Of a stretch of 61,100 nt of DNA, positions 28,614 to 38,574 are shown in pieces. The translations under genes were made by a program, and so were the position numbers. The DNA comes from Candidatus Aenigmatarchaeota archaeon (lineage in GTDB: Archaea; Aenigmatarchaeota; Aenigmatarchaeia; CG10238-14; SpSt-28): positions 1 through 61,100 of the forward strand of contig JANXEV010000003.1 of assembly GCA_025057985.1 (NCBI GenBank). The letters run 5' to 3'. Positions within the stretch are counted from its first letter, which is position 1; every line of letters begins with the position of its first letter. A model generated the notes under the pieces. The model made no database searches and was not told the DNA's origin. It worked only from the letters and a program-made list of their open reading frames with translations.

Positions 28614-29624
28614 ATGAGATTTACTATAGAGTATGAGGATAGTAACGTAGAAAAAATTTTAGAAATATTAAATGATTATGTTGGGAAGGAAATTTCTATA
28701 TTTGAGTTGGAAAAAGATTGTTTGAAAAAAAACGTAATTTCAGTCGACTATCTTTTTATAATACTACAACATTTAAGTTTGAAAAAGGTAATAGAGGCGT
28801 CTAAAGGAGTGGTTAAAGTCAATGAAAAAATAAACGAAGAGTTAGCGAAAGAGATAAAAGATCTAGCGAAAAAAAAGATAACAACAAATTCTAAAACATT
28901 CTTCACACCACTAGAGGTTTCTAAGTTTTTTCAGTGTCCTAGAAGATTTTGGTTAGAAAAAATCGTTCTTTCTAAACAAGAGAAAGAAAAGGTAGGGAAG
29001 GTCTGGGACGGTGAAGCTATACATGTTGCGATAAAGAATTTGATAGAAAATTTGGGCAAAAAAGACGAAGAGAGTTTAATCGAGGAGAGTGCCAAAATAG
29101 GGATGGAGAGTTTCCAAGGTTCGATTGAAATAAAAAAAGAAGAAATGATAGAAATACTTAAAAAATTCTTGGAGTGCTTGAAAAAAGAAAACTTCGACCT
29201 AATTTTGCCAGAGAGGACTATAATTACGTTGAAGCTTGGGTTGGTAGGCTCAGTGGACCTAGTTGGGTTTAGAGGAGAGGAAATAGTGCCGATAGAAGTA
29301 AAACACGGATCGTATAGAGGCAGATTGAAAAAAGAGCATATATTACAAAGCGTTGGGGAAGCCTTGCTAATTGGCAGCTATTTTAGGAAAAGAATAAAAA
29401 ACTCATACATCTTTTACTCTCAAACAAACTCTCTAGTTAAAATAGATATACTACCAAAACATTTGAAAAACTTCTTAAGGTCAGTTATGTTGATAAAGAA
29501 AATGTGTTCTTCTGATAGGATACCTCCTAAGAGTAGACTGCAAAATTATAGAGAGAGAGTTTGTAAAGGTTGCCATGTTAAAAACGCTTGTGAAAACATA
29601 GAAAAGATGAAAAGAAAAAGTTAA
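28614..29624 (+). CDS. Solo Cas4-like PD-(D/E)XK exonuclease with [4Fe-4S] Cys set and an N-terminal extension
   Basis: FQCPRRFW, IHV, GSVDLV, PIEVK, Q-x-x-G-E, C-terminal CKGCHVKNAC. Confidence 0.88.
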   Translation: MRFTIEYEDSNVEKILEILNDYVGKEISIFELEKDCLKKNVISVDYLFIILQHLSLKKVIEASKGVVKVNEKINEELAKEIKDLAKKKITTNSKTFFTPLEVSKFFQCPRRFWLEKIVLSKQEKEKVGKVWDGEAIHVAIKNLIENLGKKDEESLIEESAKIGMESFQGSIEIKKEEMIEILKKFLECLKKENFDLILPERTIITLKLGLVGSVDLVGFRGEEIVPIEVKHGSYRGRLKKEHILQSVGEALLIGSYFRKRIKNSYIFYSQTNSLVKIDILPKHLKNFLRSVMLIKKMCSSDRIPPKSRLQNYRERVCKGCHVKNACENIEKMKRKS

Positions 29625-29668
29625 TTTTTCATGTTTGAAATTATTTTATAGAAGTTTTTTAGGAAAAC

Positions 29669-29740
29669 GGGCCGGTAGATCAATGGTAGATCGCCGCTCT
29701 TGCAAAGCGGAGGCTCCGGGTTCGAATCCCGGCCGGTCCA
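29669..29740 (+). tRNA. tRNA-Ala(TGC)
   Basis: GGGCCGG/CCGGTCC acceptor with the G3:U70 Ala determinant, CCGCT-CT TGC AA-AGCGG anticodon arm, GTTCGAATC T-loop. Confidence 0.97.
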
Positions 29741-29792
29741 ACAAAAACCAATTATCACGCTTTATAAAAAACAAATTTTTTAAATATTTAGG

Positions 29793-29939
29793 ATGAGAAG
29801 TAAGGAAGATATAGAAAAAAAATTAAAAGAGTTGATTTCTGCTAAAACCGAATTTGAAAAATTCTACGACTTTGGAATTAGAAATTTGGACGAATACAAC
29901 ATGGCTGTCAAAATTTTAAAGTGGGTTTTGGGAGAGTGA
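29793..29939 (+). CDS. Small 48-aa helical-hairpin protein (missing from the ORF track)
   Basis: Hand translation MRSKEDIEKKLKELISAKTEFEKFYDFGIRNLDEYNMAVKILKWVLGE; fills the gap after tRNA-Ala. Confidence 0.65.
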   Translation: MRSKEDIEKKLKELISAKTEFEKFYDFGIRNLDEYNMAVKILKWVLGE

Positions 29940-29951
29940 AGTATTTCGGTT

Positions 29952-30362
29952 TTATATTTCGAAAAGGAAGCTTAATAGATCAATTTTTTTTGGATAACAA
30001 TTGATTAGTTCGGTCATTATATCAGAGGCGTCGATTCTTTTATCTTCGTATATGATTGTGGAGTTTAAAATTTTCATTAGCGGAACATACTGTTTTACTT
30101 CAATTGGTATTAGACCAAAAACAACATCAACTAGAATAAAAGAACTATCAAGAGAGCTTTTATATATTAAAGTAGATAAAAAATAATCTCCATCCTTCTT
30201 TTTTAGATATCCACCAACAAGTTTGTATCCTCCTACGTATTCTAGGAGAAGATCAAGGGCATCTGGGAATAAAAGGTAACCATTATTCGGATCGTATACA
30301 GATAGCATGAATTCTGATGGATAGTCTATCTTTATGTATTTGGTATTTTCTTTCAAAGTCAT
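29952..30362 (-). CDS. Hypothetical protein
   Basis: ORF track (to 30383); ATG 30362 chosen because it avoids overlap with nfi. Confidence 0.65.
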   Translation of the reverse strand: MTLKENTKYIKIDYPSEFMLSVYDPNNGYLLFPDALDLLLEYVGGYKLVGGYLKKKDGDYFLSTLIYKSSLDSSFILVDVVFGLIPIEVKQYVPLMKILNSTIIYEDKRIDASDIMTELINCYPKKIDLLSFLFEI

Positions 30363-30372
30363 AAAAAAAATT

Positions 30373-30990
30373 ATGGCTGACAAAAGATTTAAAAGAATAG
30401 ATCTCTCTCCTTTTTTGAGATTTCAAAAAAACATCTCTAGATTGGTGAATTTCAAAAAGTTAGATAGAATAAAAAGAATAGTATGCGTGGACGTAGGTTA
30501 TAAAGAAAATTTAGCTGTAGGTGTTGCTGTTTTATACGATTTAGAGAAAAAAGATATAACGAATGTTTATTTTGAAAAAAATATTGTCGCATACCCCTAT
30601 ATACCGGGATTTCTCTTTTTAAGAGAAGCTCCAGTTGTTTTAAGTGTATTGAAGAAAATAAGAGAAAAATACGAATTAATAATCATAGACGGACATGGAC
30701 TAGCACATCCCAGAAAATCAGGTCTTGCTACTGTGATAGGAGTAATTACAAAAAAACCAACTATAGGTATAGCCAAAAAATTTCTCTACGGTAAAATCAG
30801 AGATAATTTTATTTACGTCGGCGGAAGAAAAGTTGGATTAAAAGTTGGAAAGTATTACGTGAGCATAGGATCTAACATAGATTTTTCAAGTTTGATCAGG
30901 TTTTTAAAGATTATTGATTTTGAATATCCGAAAGCGATGAAAATTGCAGATAAACTTTCAAAATACTTGGCCAAAAAGTTAAAAGCTTAA
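30373..30990 (+). CDS. nfi: Endonuclease V
   Basis: VDVGY, PYIPGFLFLREAP, IIDGHGLAHPR, IGIAK, KIAD. ATG at 30373. Confidence 0.95.
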   Translation: MADKRFKRIDLSPFLRFQKNISRLVNFKKLDRIKRIVCVDVGYKENLAVGVAVLYDLEKKDITNVYFEKNIVAYPYIPGFLFLREAPVVLSVLKKIREKYELIIIDGHGLAHPRKSGLATVIGVITKKPTIGIAKKFLYGKIRDNFIYVGGRKVGLKVGKYYVSIGSNIDFSSLIRFLKIIDFEYPKAMKIADKLSKYLAKKLKA

Positions 30991-31016
30991 AAAATATACA
31001 TAAAAATTTGATAAGT

Positions 31017-31598
31017 ATGGGAATTTCTAGGCCTAAAGAAGAGGTAGAAGAGAAAAAAGAAGAAAAGCCTAAACCTAAGAAGGAAAAAAAAGAAGAAAAA
31101 AAAGAGTCAAAAACTGGAAAGATAGAGGGGATTATAAGGATATTGAACACAGACTTGATCGCCAATAAAAATTTGTTATACGGCTTGACAGGAATAAAAG
31201 GCGTTAGTTATACTTTTTCTAAAGCGGTCATCACGGCTTTGGGTTTAGACGGTAAAAGAAAATTGGGCACATTAACAAACGAGGAGATAGAAAAAATAGA
31301 GGATTGTTTAAAAAATCCAGATAAGTATGGTATACCATCCTTCTTATACAATAGAAGGATAGATCCAGAGACAGGACTAAATAGACACTTAGTCGGCCCT
31401 GACGTTAAAATATATGAAAGCTTTGATATCAAAAAAGAGATTGAAATGAAGACTTATAGAGGCTTTAGACATATGTATGGGTTGCCTGTGAGGGGACAAA
31501 GAACTAGGAGTCATTTCAGAAAAGGTAGAACCGTCGGAGTTTTGAGAGGAAAAATGAAACAAATTGCAGCACAACAACAGAAAGAAGAAAAAAAGTGA
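31017..31598 (+). CDS. rps13: Ribosomal protein uS13 with a Lys/Glu-rich N-terminal extension
   Basis: GIIRILNTDL, LTGIKGV, YRGFRHMYGLPVRGQRTRSHFR. Confidence 0.97.
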   Translation: MGISRPKEEVEEKKEEKPKPKKEKKEEKKESKTGKIEGIIRILNTDLIANKNLLYGLTGIKGVSYTFSKAVITALGLDGKRKLGTLTNEEIEKIEDCLKNPDKYGIPSFLYNRRIDPETGLNRHLVGPDVKIYESFDIKKEIEMKTYRGFRHMYGLPVRGQRTRSHFRKGRTVGVLRGKMKQIAAQQQKEEKK

Positions 31599-31603
31599 TC
31601 TAG

Positions 31604-32074
31604 ATGAAGAGATTTAGAAAAAAGTATAAAAAACCAAGGAGATTGTGGGATAAAGCTCTTTTGGAAGAGGAAAGAAATCTATTAAAAGAGTTTGGGTTGA
31701 GAAGAAAGAAAGAACTTTGGAGAGCTAAAGAGATTTTAAGAAAATATAGAAGATTGGCTAAAAAATTAAATGCTATAAAGGATAGGGAGCAAGAGAAAAT
31801 ACTTTTACAAAAGTTAAACAAAATGGGGTTGATAGGAGAAAACTCAAATTTGGATTCTGTTTTGGGCTTAACCGTTAGAGATATATTAAACAGAAGACTC
31901 CAAACCATAGTTTATAAAAAAGGTTTAGCAAGAACGATAAAACAAGCAAGACAATTAATCGTTCACGGTCATGTTAAAATAGCGGGTAGAAAAATTGTAT
32001 ATCCGAGCTATTTGGTGCCGAAAGACGAAGAAGACAAGATAGAGTGTGATATAAAGGTAGAGAAGAATGAGTGA
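31604..32074 (+). CDS. rps4: Ribosomal protein uS4
   Basis: [28 protein letters not shown]. Confidence 0.97.
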   Translation: MKRFRKKYKKPRRLWDKALLEEERNLLKEFGLRRKKELWRAKEILRKYRRLAKKLNAIKDREQEKILLQKLNKMGLIGENSNLDSVLGLTVRDILNRRLQTIVYKKGLARTIKQARQLIVHGHVKIAGRKIVYPSYLVPKDEEDKIECDIKVEKNE

Positions 32075-32462
32075 GAAGAAAGAAAGATGGGGAGTGGCAC
32101 ATATTTTTTCTAGCCCAAATTCTACGATCGTACATATCACTGATTTAAGTGGGGCCGAAACGATAGCTAGATACTCTAGCGGGATGATGACTGATAAAGA
32201 TAGAGAAGGTGGAATGCCGTATCCAGCTATGTTGGCAGCTAAAAAAGCGGCAGAAGAAGCTTTGAAAAAAGGAATAACAGGGGTTCATATAAGGGTAAGG
32301 GCTCCAGGTGGTACTAAAACAAAGATTCCTGGCCCAGGGGCACAAGCTGCGATTAGAACTTTGGCTAAGGCTGGTTTGAAGATAGGTTTGATAGAGGATG
32401 TAACACCAATCATACATGGATACATGAGGAGAAAAGGAGGACGTCGTGGTAGGAGAGTATAG
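32067..32462 (+). CDS. rps11: Ribosomal protein uS11
   Basis: [37 protein letters not shown]. Confidence 0.98.
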   Translation: MSEKKERWGVAHIFSSPNSTIVHITDLSGAETIARYSSGMMTDKDREGGMPYPAMLAAKKAAEEALKKGITGVHIRVRAPGGTKTKIPGPGAQAAIRTLAKAGLKIGLIEDVTPIIHGYMRRKGGRRGRRV

Positions 32463-32522
32463 AAAATTCTCAAGAATTCTTAAAATTTTTACGATTATTA
32501 ATTTTACAAAACTTAATTTTTT

Positions 32523-33095
32523 ATGTTAGTAATAGGTTTGGCTGGGTTTGCTGCAAGCGGTAAAACTGAAATCGCAAATTATCTGAAAGAAAAACATTCT
32601 TTTAAGATCTTAGAATTTTCTTCGGTCATCGAAGAAGAAGCAAGAAAAATGAAGTTGATAGAAGGAGAGTTGAGTATGGAAGAAAAAAAGAGAAAGTTAA
32701 GTGAAGTAGGAGCGCTTATAAGAGAATATTATAAAAACGAAGCCATATTTGCTGAACTTTTGGTTAAGAAGATTTTGAGTGAAAATTTTGATAGAGTAGT
32801 TATTCCAGGTTTTAGGAGTGTTTATGAAGTAGAAACTTTTAGAAGGGCTTTTGGAGGAAAATTTTTATTAATTTGGGTTGAAACAGATGCTAAGTTAAGG
32901 TATGAAAGGAGAAAAATACAAGATCAAAAATTTAACTTAAGTTTTGAAGAATTTTTAGAAAGAGACAGAAAAGACTCTTTACGGCTCGGGATGGATAGGT
33001 TAAAAAGTCAAGCAAACTTTACTATTTTCAACAATTCTAGTATAGATGACCTAAAGAAAAATATAGATGAAATTTTGGAAAATTTAAAAATTTAA
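32523..33095 (+). CDS. P-loop nucleotide kinase (archaeal COG0237/UPF0200-like)
   Basis: GLAGFAASGKT, GFRSVYE, LRYER, ERD. Confidence 0.85.
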   Translation: MLVIGLAGFAASGKTEIANYLKEKHSFKILEFSSVIEEEARKMKLIEGELSMEEKKRKLSEVGALIREYYKNEAIFAELLVKKILSENFDRVVIPGFRSVYEVETFRRAFGGKFLLIWVETDAKLRYERRKIQDQKFNLSFEEFLERDRKDSLRLGMDRLKSQANFTIFNNSSIDDLKKNIDEILENLKI

Positions 33096-33120
33096 AGAAT
33101 CCTAAAACCATCAAAATTAA

Positions 33121-33597
33121 ATGAGGTTATGGTCGATTTCTTTTAAATACCTAGATCCAATAGGTTTGGTTGCGGTTTGGAGAGAAGCTATTTTGGCCAA
33201 GGAAGTTTTAGAAAATAGGACAAAAGGTTACAAAAACCATCCGCAGTTAGTCAGGTTTAAAAATTGTGAAAAACCATTAGATGCCATAAACACATATCTT
33301 TACTACATTTTTTTAGAAAGCAAAAAAAGAGGATACGAGTTCAATCCGAAAAAGATAGATTTTGACAAAGTTGATAAAAAGTTGAAGATACCTGTGAAAA
33401 AAATGCAAATTTTGTACGAGTTCAGTTTGCTTAAAGAAAAGTTGAAAAGAAGAAATTTCGATTATTTTAAGTTGGTTGAAAACGTGAAAAAAATAGAACC
33501 GAACGAGTTGTTTAAAGTAGTTAGCGGTGATATAGAAGATTGGGAAAGACCGAAAAATTTTATTATAAGGCGATGGAACAAAATTATAGATGAATAA
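33121..33597 (+). CDS. Pyrimidine-dimer DNA glycosylase family protein
   Basis: MRLWSISFKYLD..GLVAVWRE.ILA...TKGYKNHPQLVRF. Confidence 0.88.
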   Translation: MRLWSISFKYLDPIGLVAVWREAILAKEVLENRTKGYKNHPQLVRFKNCEKPLDAINTYLYYIFLESKKRGYEFNPKKIDFDKVDKKLKIPVKKMQILYEFSLLKEKLKRRNFDYFKLVENVKKIEPNELFKVVSGDIEDWERPKNFIIRRWNKIIDE

Positions 33598-36064
33598 TTT
33601 CGTTGGTTTGAGTTCGGAAGAAGCTAAAAGGAGACTGAAAGTTTATGGAAGGAATGAAATCGTTGAAAGAAAGAAAACTTCCGCTCTAACAATTTTTCTT
33701 TCACAGTTCAAATCTCCTATAATTTTGTTGATGTTGGCCGCTTTTCTGGTTTCTTTACTTTTTGGTCATATAAAAGGAGGGGATTACATCGATTCAATTT
33801 TGATCTTCGGAATAACTATACTTTGTGTTTTGGCTGGTTTCGTTCAAGAGTATAAAGCAGAGAAAGCTATAGAAGCTTTAAAGAAGATGTCTACACCAAA
33901 AGCAAGAGTTATCAGAGATGGTAAAGTTGTGGAAATTGAAAGCGTAGAAATAGTTCCTGGCGATTTAATACTTGTTGAAGGAGGAGATGTGATTCCGGCA
34001 GACGCTGAAATTTTGGAAGGAAAGATTGAAGTAGATGAATCACCTTTAACTGGAGAGTCAAAAGCCGTGAAAAAGAAAAAGGGAGATAAAATTTTTCTTG
34101 GGTGTCACGTTTTTGTCGGTAAAGCTGTAGCTCAAGTTTACAACACTGGGATGAATACAGAAATAGGGAAGATTGCCGGTAAAATGCAGGAAATGGGTGA
34201 AGACGAAACTCCATTTCAAAAAGATTTAGAAAGTTTTACAAAAAATATAGTTAGAATAATTTTGCTACTAGTACTATTAACCTTTATCATATCTTTTGAA
34301 AAGTTTGGAATTCTAGACGCTCTTTTATTCTCTCTTGTTTTAGCGGTCGCCGCTATACCTCAAAGTTTGCCAGCTGTTATTACCGCTAGTTTGTCTTTTG
34401 CGGCTAGAAAGATGGCTAAAAAAAATGCTTTGGTTAGAAGACTTTCGATAACGGAATCGATAGGATCCATTGATGTCATTTGTACAGACAAAACTGGTAC
34501 ACTCACTGAAGGAAAAATGAAAGTTAGAGATATTTGGTTGTTAGAAGATAGGGATTTTCCCAAAAGATTAGCTGTTGAGGTTTGTTTTTACTGTAACGAC
34601 GCTAAGTTTGTCAAAGTTGGTGAAGAAGAGAAGATGGTAGGCGACGAAACCGATATAGCTTTGAAGGAGTTTTCTTCAAAGTTTATAGAAAGGGAAGAAT
34701 ACAAGAGAATAGATGAAATACATTTTACTTCAGAGAGAAAAATGATGAGTGTTTTATGTGAAAAAAATAATGGAAGGATTGTTTTTTCTAAAGGAGCGCC
34801 AGAAGTTATACTGTCTAAGTGTGCTAAGGTTTTGGTTGGAGAAAAAATAATAGAACTGAATGATGAATTGAAGAAGAGAATTATGGAAAAAAATAATGAG
34901 TTTGCTTCGCAGGCTTTTAGAGTTTTGGCGTTGGCTTATAGAGAAGGAGGAGAATTAGAAGAAAGGGATTTGGTTTTTATCGGGTTAGTTTTATTATCAG
35001 ACCCGCCTAGAAAGGAAGTTAAGGAAGCCATAGAGGAATGTTACTCTGCTGGAATAAGGGTTATAATGATTACTGGAGATAATGAGATTACGGCAATGGC
35101 TGTTGCTAAAGAAATAGGTTTGAAGACCGAAGGCTTTTTAAAAGGAGAAGACTTAGATAGGATGAGTGATGAGGAAATTTCAGAAGCTTTAGAAAAAGGA
35201 ATAAACATTTTTGCTAGAACAAATCCATTCCACAAATTAAGAATACTGGAACTGCTGAAGAAAAAAGAATATATTGTAGCGATGACAGGAGATGGAGTTA
35301 ACGACGCTTTGGCCTTGAAAAAAGCTGATGTAGGAATTGCTATGGGGATCAAAGGGACAGAAGTAGCAAGAGAGGCCAGCGATATAGTTTTGTTGGATGA
35401 TAATTTTGCTACGATTAGAAATGCGATAAAAGAAGGTAGAAAAATATACGACAACATGAGAAAATTCATAATATTTCTATTCGGTTGTAATATCGCAGAA
35501 GTTTTTGTTATACTTTCTTCACTTTTGTTCTTACCATTCATTTTACTTTATCCAATACAAATACTTTGGATAAATTTGGTTACAGATGGCCCTCCGGCTT
35601 TAGCTCTATCTTTTGATCCGGAAGAACCGAATATAATGAAGAGGAAGCCTAGAAAGAAAGGTGAAGGACTAGTTAACAAAAAAATAATCGGTAAAATACT
35701 TGTTCTTGGGTTAAGTCTAGGTTTATCTATATTTATTTCAGGGATTTTATCGAACTCTAACCTAGATAAAATGAGAACCGTAGTTTTCACATCTTTTGTA
35801 ATCTTTGAAATGATAGCGATAGCTTCGATTAGGTACTCAGAAAAAATGTTCGGAATCAAATATTGGCTTGATAACAAGCTATTGCTGATTTCTTTAGCCG
35901 GTGTAATAACCTTACAGTTCTTTTTAATATATTCACCGTTTGGCTCTTACTTTAAATCTATACCCTTATCGCTACAGGACTTGGATATTTTAGTTTTTAC
36001 CGGAGGGTTGTGTTTCGTTTTAAGTGTAATTGGAATGAAAGCTATAGAAAGGTTATTTAAGTAG
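33590..36064 (+). CDS. P-type cation-transporting ATPase (P2 type)
   Basis: TGES, DKTGT phosphorylation site, KGAPE, DPPR, TGDGVNDA, INLVTDG. Confidence 0.97.
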   Translation: MNNFVGLSSEEAKRRLKVYGRNEIVERKKTSALTIFLSQFKSPIILLMLAAFLVSLLFGHIKGGDYIDSILIFGITILCVLAGFVQEYKAEKAIEALKKMSTPKARVIRDGKVVEIESVEIVPGDLILVEGGDVIPADAEILEGKIEVDESPLTGESKAVKKKKGDKIFLGCHVFVGKAVAQVYNTGMNTEIGKIAGKMQEMGEDETPFQKDLESFTKNIVRIILLLVLLTFIISFEKFGILDALLFSLVLAVAAIPQSLPAVITASLSFAARKMAKKNALVRRLSITESIGSIDVICTDKTGTLTEGKMKVRDIWLLEDRDFPKRLAVEVCFYCNDAKFVKVGEEEKMVGDETDIALKEFSSKFIEREEYKRIDEIHFTSERKMMSVLCEKNNGRIVFSKGAPEVILSKCAKVLVGEKIIELNDELKKRIMEKNNEFASQAFRVLALAYREGGELEERDLVFIGLVLLSDPPRKEVKEAIEECYSAGIRVIMITGDNEITAMAVAKEIGLKTEGFLKGEDLDRMSDEEISEALEKGINIFARTNPFHKLRILELLKKKEYIVAMTGDGVNDALALKKADVGIAMGIKGTEVAREASDIVLLDDNFATIRNAIKEGRKIYDNMRKFIIFLFGCNIAEVFVILSSLLFLPFILLYPIQILWINLVTDGPPALALSFDPEEPNIMKRKPRKKGEGLVNKKIIGKILVLGLSLGLSIFISGILSNSNLDKMRTVVFTSFVIFEMIAIASIRYSEKMFGIKYWLDNKLLLISLAGVITLQFFLIYSPFGSYFKSIPLSLQDLDILVFTGGLCFVLSVIGMKAIERLFK

Positions 36065-36069
36065 AAAAA

Positions 36070-36813
36070 TTAGCTCGCGATCGATTGAAGAAGATTTCTA
36101 AAACCAATACCTAATGAAAGGATAGAAAATAAAAATTTTATATAGTTGTTTGTAGATTTTTCTTTAAAATAGATGTCTGCGGTTTTTATCAAAAAGACGA
36201 GGAATAAAATTCTAACAACCGGATATAAAATCGGTGAAAATTCTAAAATAGATCTAGTTATAAAGTGTTGCTCGAAAAAACCAAAAACTTGAACGTTTAT
36301 CAAAGTTATTAAACATTCGAACATTATTGAGAATATCAATATCTTATTTTCTGGAGATGTCGGAAGTTTTACGGTTATTGTTAAGAGAGAAATTATTGCC
36401 GAAAAATGATATAAAAAGGCGTGAAAGTTTTTTAAAGGAACAAAAGTTAAAGAAAAGCTTAGTAAAAATAAACCAAAAATAAAAATAGCCTTATCCCATT
36501 TTTCTTTTAGAAAAATTTTCATCAAAATTATGGTCGAAAGAAATAAAGGTAAGAATGTTAGTTGGAGTTGTGGTGTGACAAAAATATTTCCGGAGATTAT
36601 CGAATAGTCTTCCAAAACCCTTATTGTGCTTGTGAGAAAAACTAATGGGAGTATTGAAGTAAAAAATTCTACCTCAAACCTGAATTTGAATTTTTTCAAG
36701 ATTTTGAAAACAACGTATGCTACTATCAAGAAGAGAATAGAATATAAAAGAGTTTTTTGTAGAGTGTAACCACCGAACTTCGGGTCTGCGAAAAATTTTA
36801 TTAGATCTTCCAT
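36070..36813 (-). CDS. DUF63-like multi-pass membrane protein
   Basis: GYTLQKTLLY N-terminus, IRVLED, FFEQH, LGIGFRNL. Confidence 0.75.
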   Translation of the reverse strand: MEDLIKFFADPKFGGYTLQKTLLYSILFLIVAYVVFKILKKFKFRFEVEFFTSILPLVFLTSTIRVLEDYSIISGNIFVTPQLQLTFLPLFLSTIILMKIFLKEKWDKAIFIFGLFLLSFSLTFVPLKNFHAFLYHFSAIISLLTITVKLPTSPENKILIFSIMFECLITLINVQVFGFFEQHFITRSILEFSPILYPVVRILFLVFLIKTADIYFKEKSTNNYIKFLFSILSLGIGFRNLLQSIAS

Positions 36814-36846
36814 TCAAGAATTTAAATTTAAAAAGTAAAATAGAAG

Positions 36847-37677
36847 ATGATGGGTTTTGATAAAAACTTTGGTATTTTACTTTTTGTAGCCGTTATGTTT
36901 TTAGGTTTATTCACGCTTGGATGTACTTTGCCTGGCTCGCCAACTGAAGGGGAACAAAAACAAGACACTAAAAAAGGGGGAGTAACAGGAAGCCTCGGAA
37001 TTTTTATAAGCGATGTCAGGTTTGATAGTAGAATCGAAGAAGGTTCTTCGATTGATTTAAGTTTGGAAGTTTCTAACGGAGGAGAGTTTGACGCAAAAAA
37101 TGTAAAAATTTACTTAGACGGGCTTTCTAATAGGTGGAACCCGCCTACTCCGATAGAAAGAAATGTTGGAAATATAAATCGAGGAGATTATTCTACTGTT
37201 GAGTTTTCGACAACATCACCTGTTGTAGGGATAAATGTTAGCTATAGTTTTAAAATTAGAGTAGAGTATGACTACGAAGCAACCTATTTTGGTGTGTTTG
37301 AGGTTAAGAGAGACGGCACAAAGGTTAATAGTACGATTAAAAATCAAATGAAATCAAATACACCTATAGTTTTTAATCTACTAGATCAAAAATATGAAAG
37401 TGCGACCAATTCTTTAAGATTAAAATTTGATGTTGTGAATAGAGAGAAAGCTAGAAACGGAAATGTAATAGGAAGTATTTCCATTCGAACAGAAGATATG
37501 ACATGCGATACAACTAGTATAACTTTCAGAGAGACAGATTCGAGTAAAACATTAAATTGCTACGTGAATTTACCATCCAATTTTGATAGCTTTTATCCGC
37601 AAGTAAAACTCAAAGCTTCTTATAGATATACATACAGTACCCAAGAGTACAAAGTCAATGTTTATACTCCAAAATAG
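36847..37677 (+). CDS. Exported beta-rich (Ig-like) protein, possible lipoprotein
   Basis: Hydrophobic signal ending TLGC; beta-rich body with N-x-S/T sequons. Confidence 0.75.
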   Translation: MMGFDKNFGILLFVAVMFLGLFTLGCTLPGSPTEGEQKQDTKKGGVTGSLGIFISDVRFDSRIEEGSSIDLSLEVSNGGEFDAKNVKIYLDGLSNRWNPPTPIERNVGNINRGDYSTVEFSTTSPVVGINVSYSFKIRVEYDYEATYFGVFEVKRDGTKVNSTIKNQMKSNTPIVFNLLDQKYESATNSLRLKFDVVNREKARNGNVIGSISIRTEDMTCDTTSITFRETDSSKTLNCYVNLPSNFDSFYPQVKLKASYRYTYSTQEYKVNVYTPK

Positions 37678-37681
37678 TTTT

Positions 37682-38518
37682 TTACTCTTTTAACATTTTC
37701 TTTATTCTCAAAAATCTTAAAATACCGTCTGCTGTGTAGCCAGATTTTATTCTTATCGAATTTGGAAGATTCGGTAGGTTTAATTCTTCAGAGCCTATAG
37801 GAGAGCTAACTTCTATGAATTCGGATATTTCTTTTAAACAAGAATGAACAATAGCCGGGTTTATTTTTAGTTTTCTAGAAATTTCTCTTAGGTGAGTTCC
37901 TGGGTTTTCTTCCAAAAATTTTAGGATCATTAACATCGCTTCTTCTTCTGTAATTTTTTGATATTTGATTTTTTTCCTGCCTTTAGATTTAGGGGTTAAT
38001 ACGATTTTTTTCCCCACGATCTCTTTGAGTTTTTCTTCCGTAGGCTCGTTTTTTAAAGTTATTAATTTTGGTAACTTGGGCAAACTCTTCCCCTCGAAAG
38101 ATTTAACTTCAACGTAATCACTCAACTTCATCAATATTCTTCTAACCCTTTCTGGATGAATTTTTAGATCGTTAGCTATTTTGTTTATGTAGGAGTTTGG
38201 ATTCTCTTTCAAATAGTTAACGACTTTAAAAAACGTGGAGGGATATATTTTTTCAAGCGAATTTTTGTTTACAAAAACGAATCCTTCTTCTGAGTTTAAA
38301 ATCTTTTCCAAAAAATCTTTGTTTATTCTCCTAGCTGCATATGGTGAGATAACCACGATTTTGCTATCTAATTTTTTTATATCAGGTTTGGAGTTGCAAA
38401 TTTTGATTAAAACCGTTCCAAATTTAGGAGAATTTATATGTATCTCACCTTCGCTTATTTTCTCTATCCCAAAACCCAATTCTCCTAACAAATTTTTCAC
38501 TCTCTCTAACTCCTCCAT
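37682..38518 (-). CDS. Protein with an alpha/beta N-terminal domain and two duplicated wHTH domains
   Basis: Internal repeat YLKENPNSYINKIANDLKIHP...LPKLP versus FLEENPGTHLREISRKLKINP...LPNLP. Confidence 0.8.
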   Translation of the reverse strand: MEELERVKNLLGELGFGIEKISEGEIHINSPKFGTVLIKICNSKPDIKKLDSKIVVISPYAARRINKDFLEKILNSEEGFVFVNKNSLEKIYPSTFFKVVNYLKENPNSYINKIANDLKIHPERVRRILMKLSDYVEVKSFEGKSLPKLPKLITLKNEPTEEKLKEIVGKKIVLTPKSKGRKKIKYQKITEEEAMLMILKFLEENPGTHLREISRKLKINPAIVHSCLKEISEFIEVSSPIGSEELNLPNLPNSIRIKSGYTADGILRFLRIKKMLKE

Positions 38519-38574
38519 AGAAATTTTTAGGCTGGTGTAATTAAGAAATATTTTAAATTCGTTTTTTATAAAAA

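Noticed and set aside
17380-29740. tRNA introns, split tRNAs, rRNA, SRP or RNase P RNA
   Set aside because: Both tRNAs fold without extra sequence, and no other GC-rich non-coding island was seen in the window.
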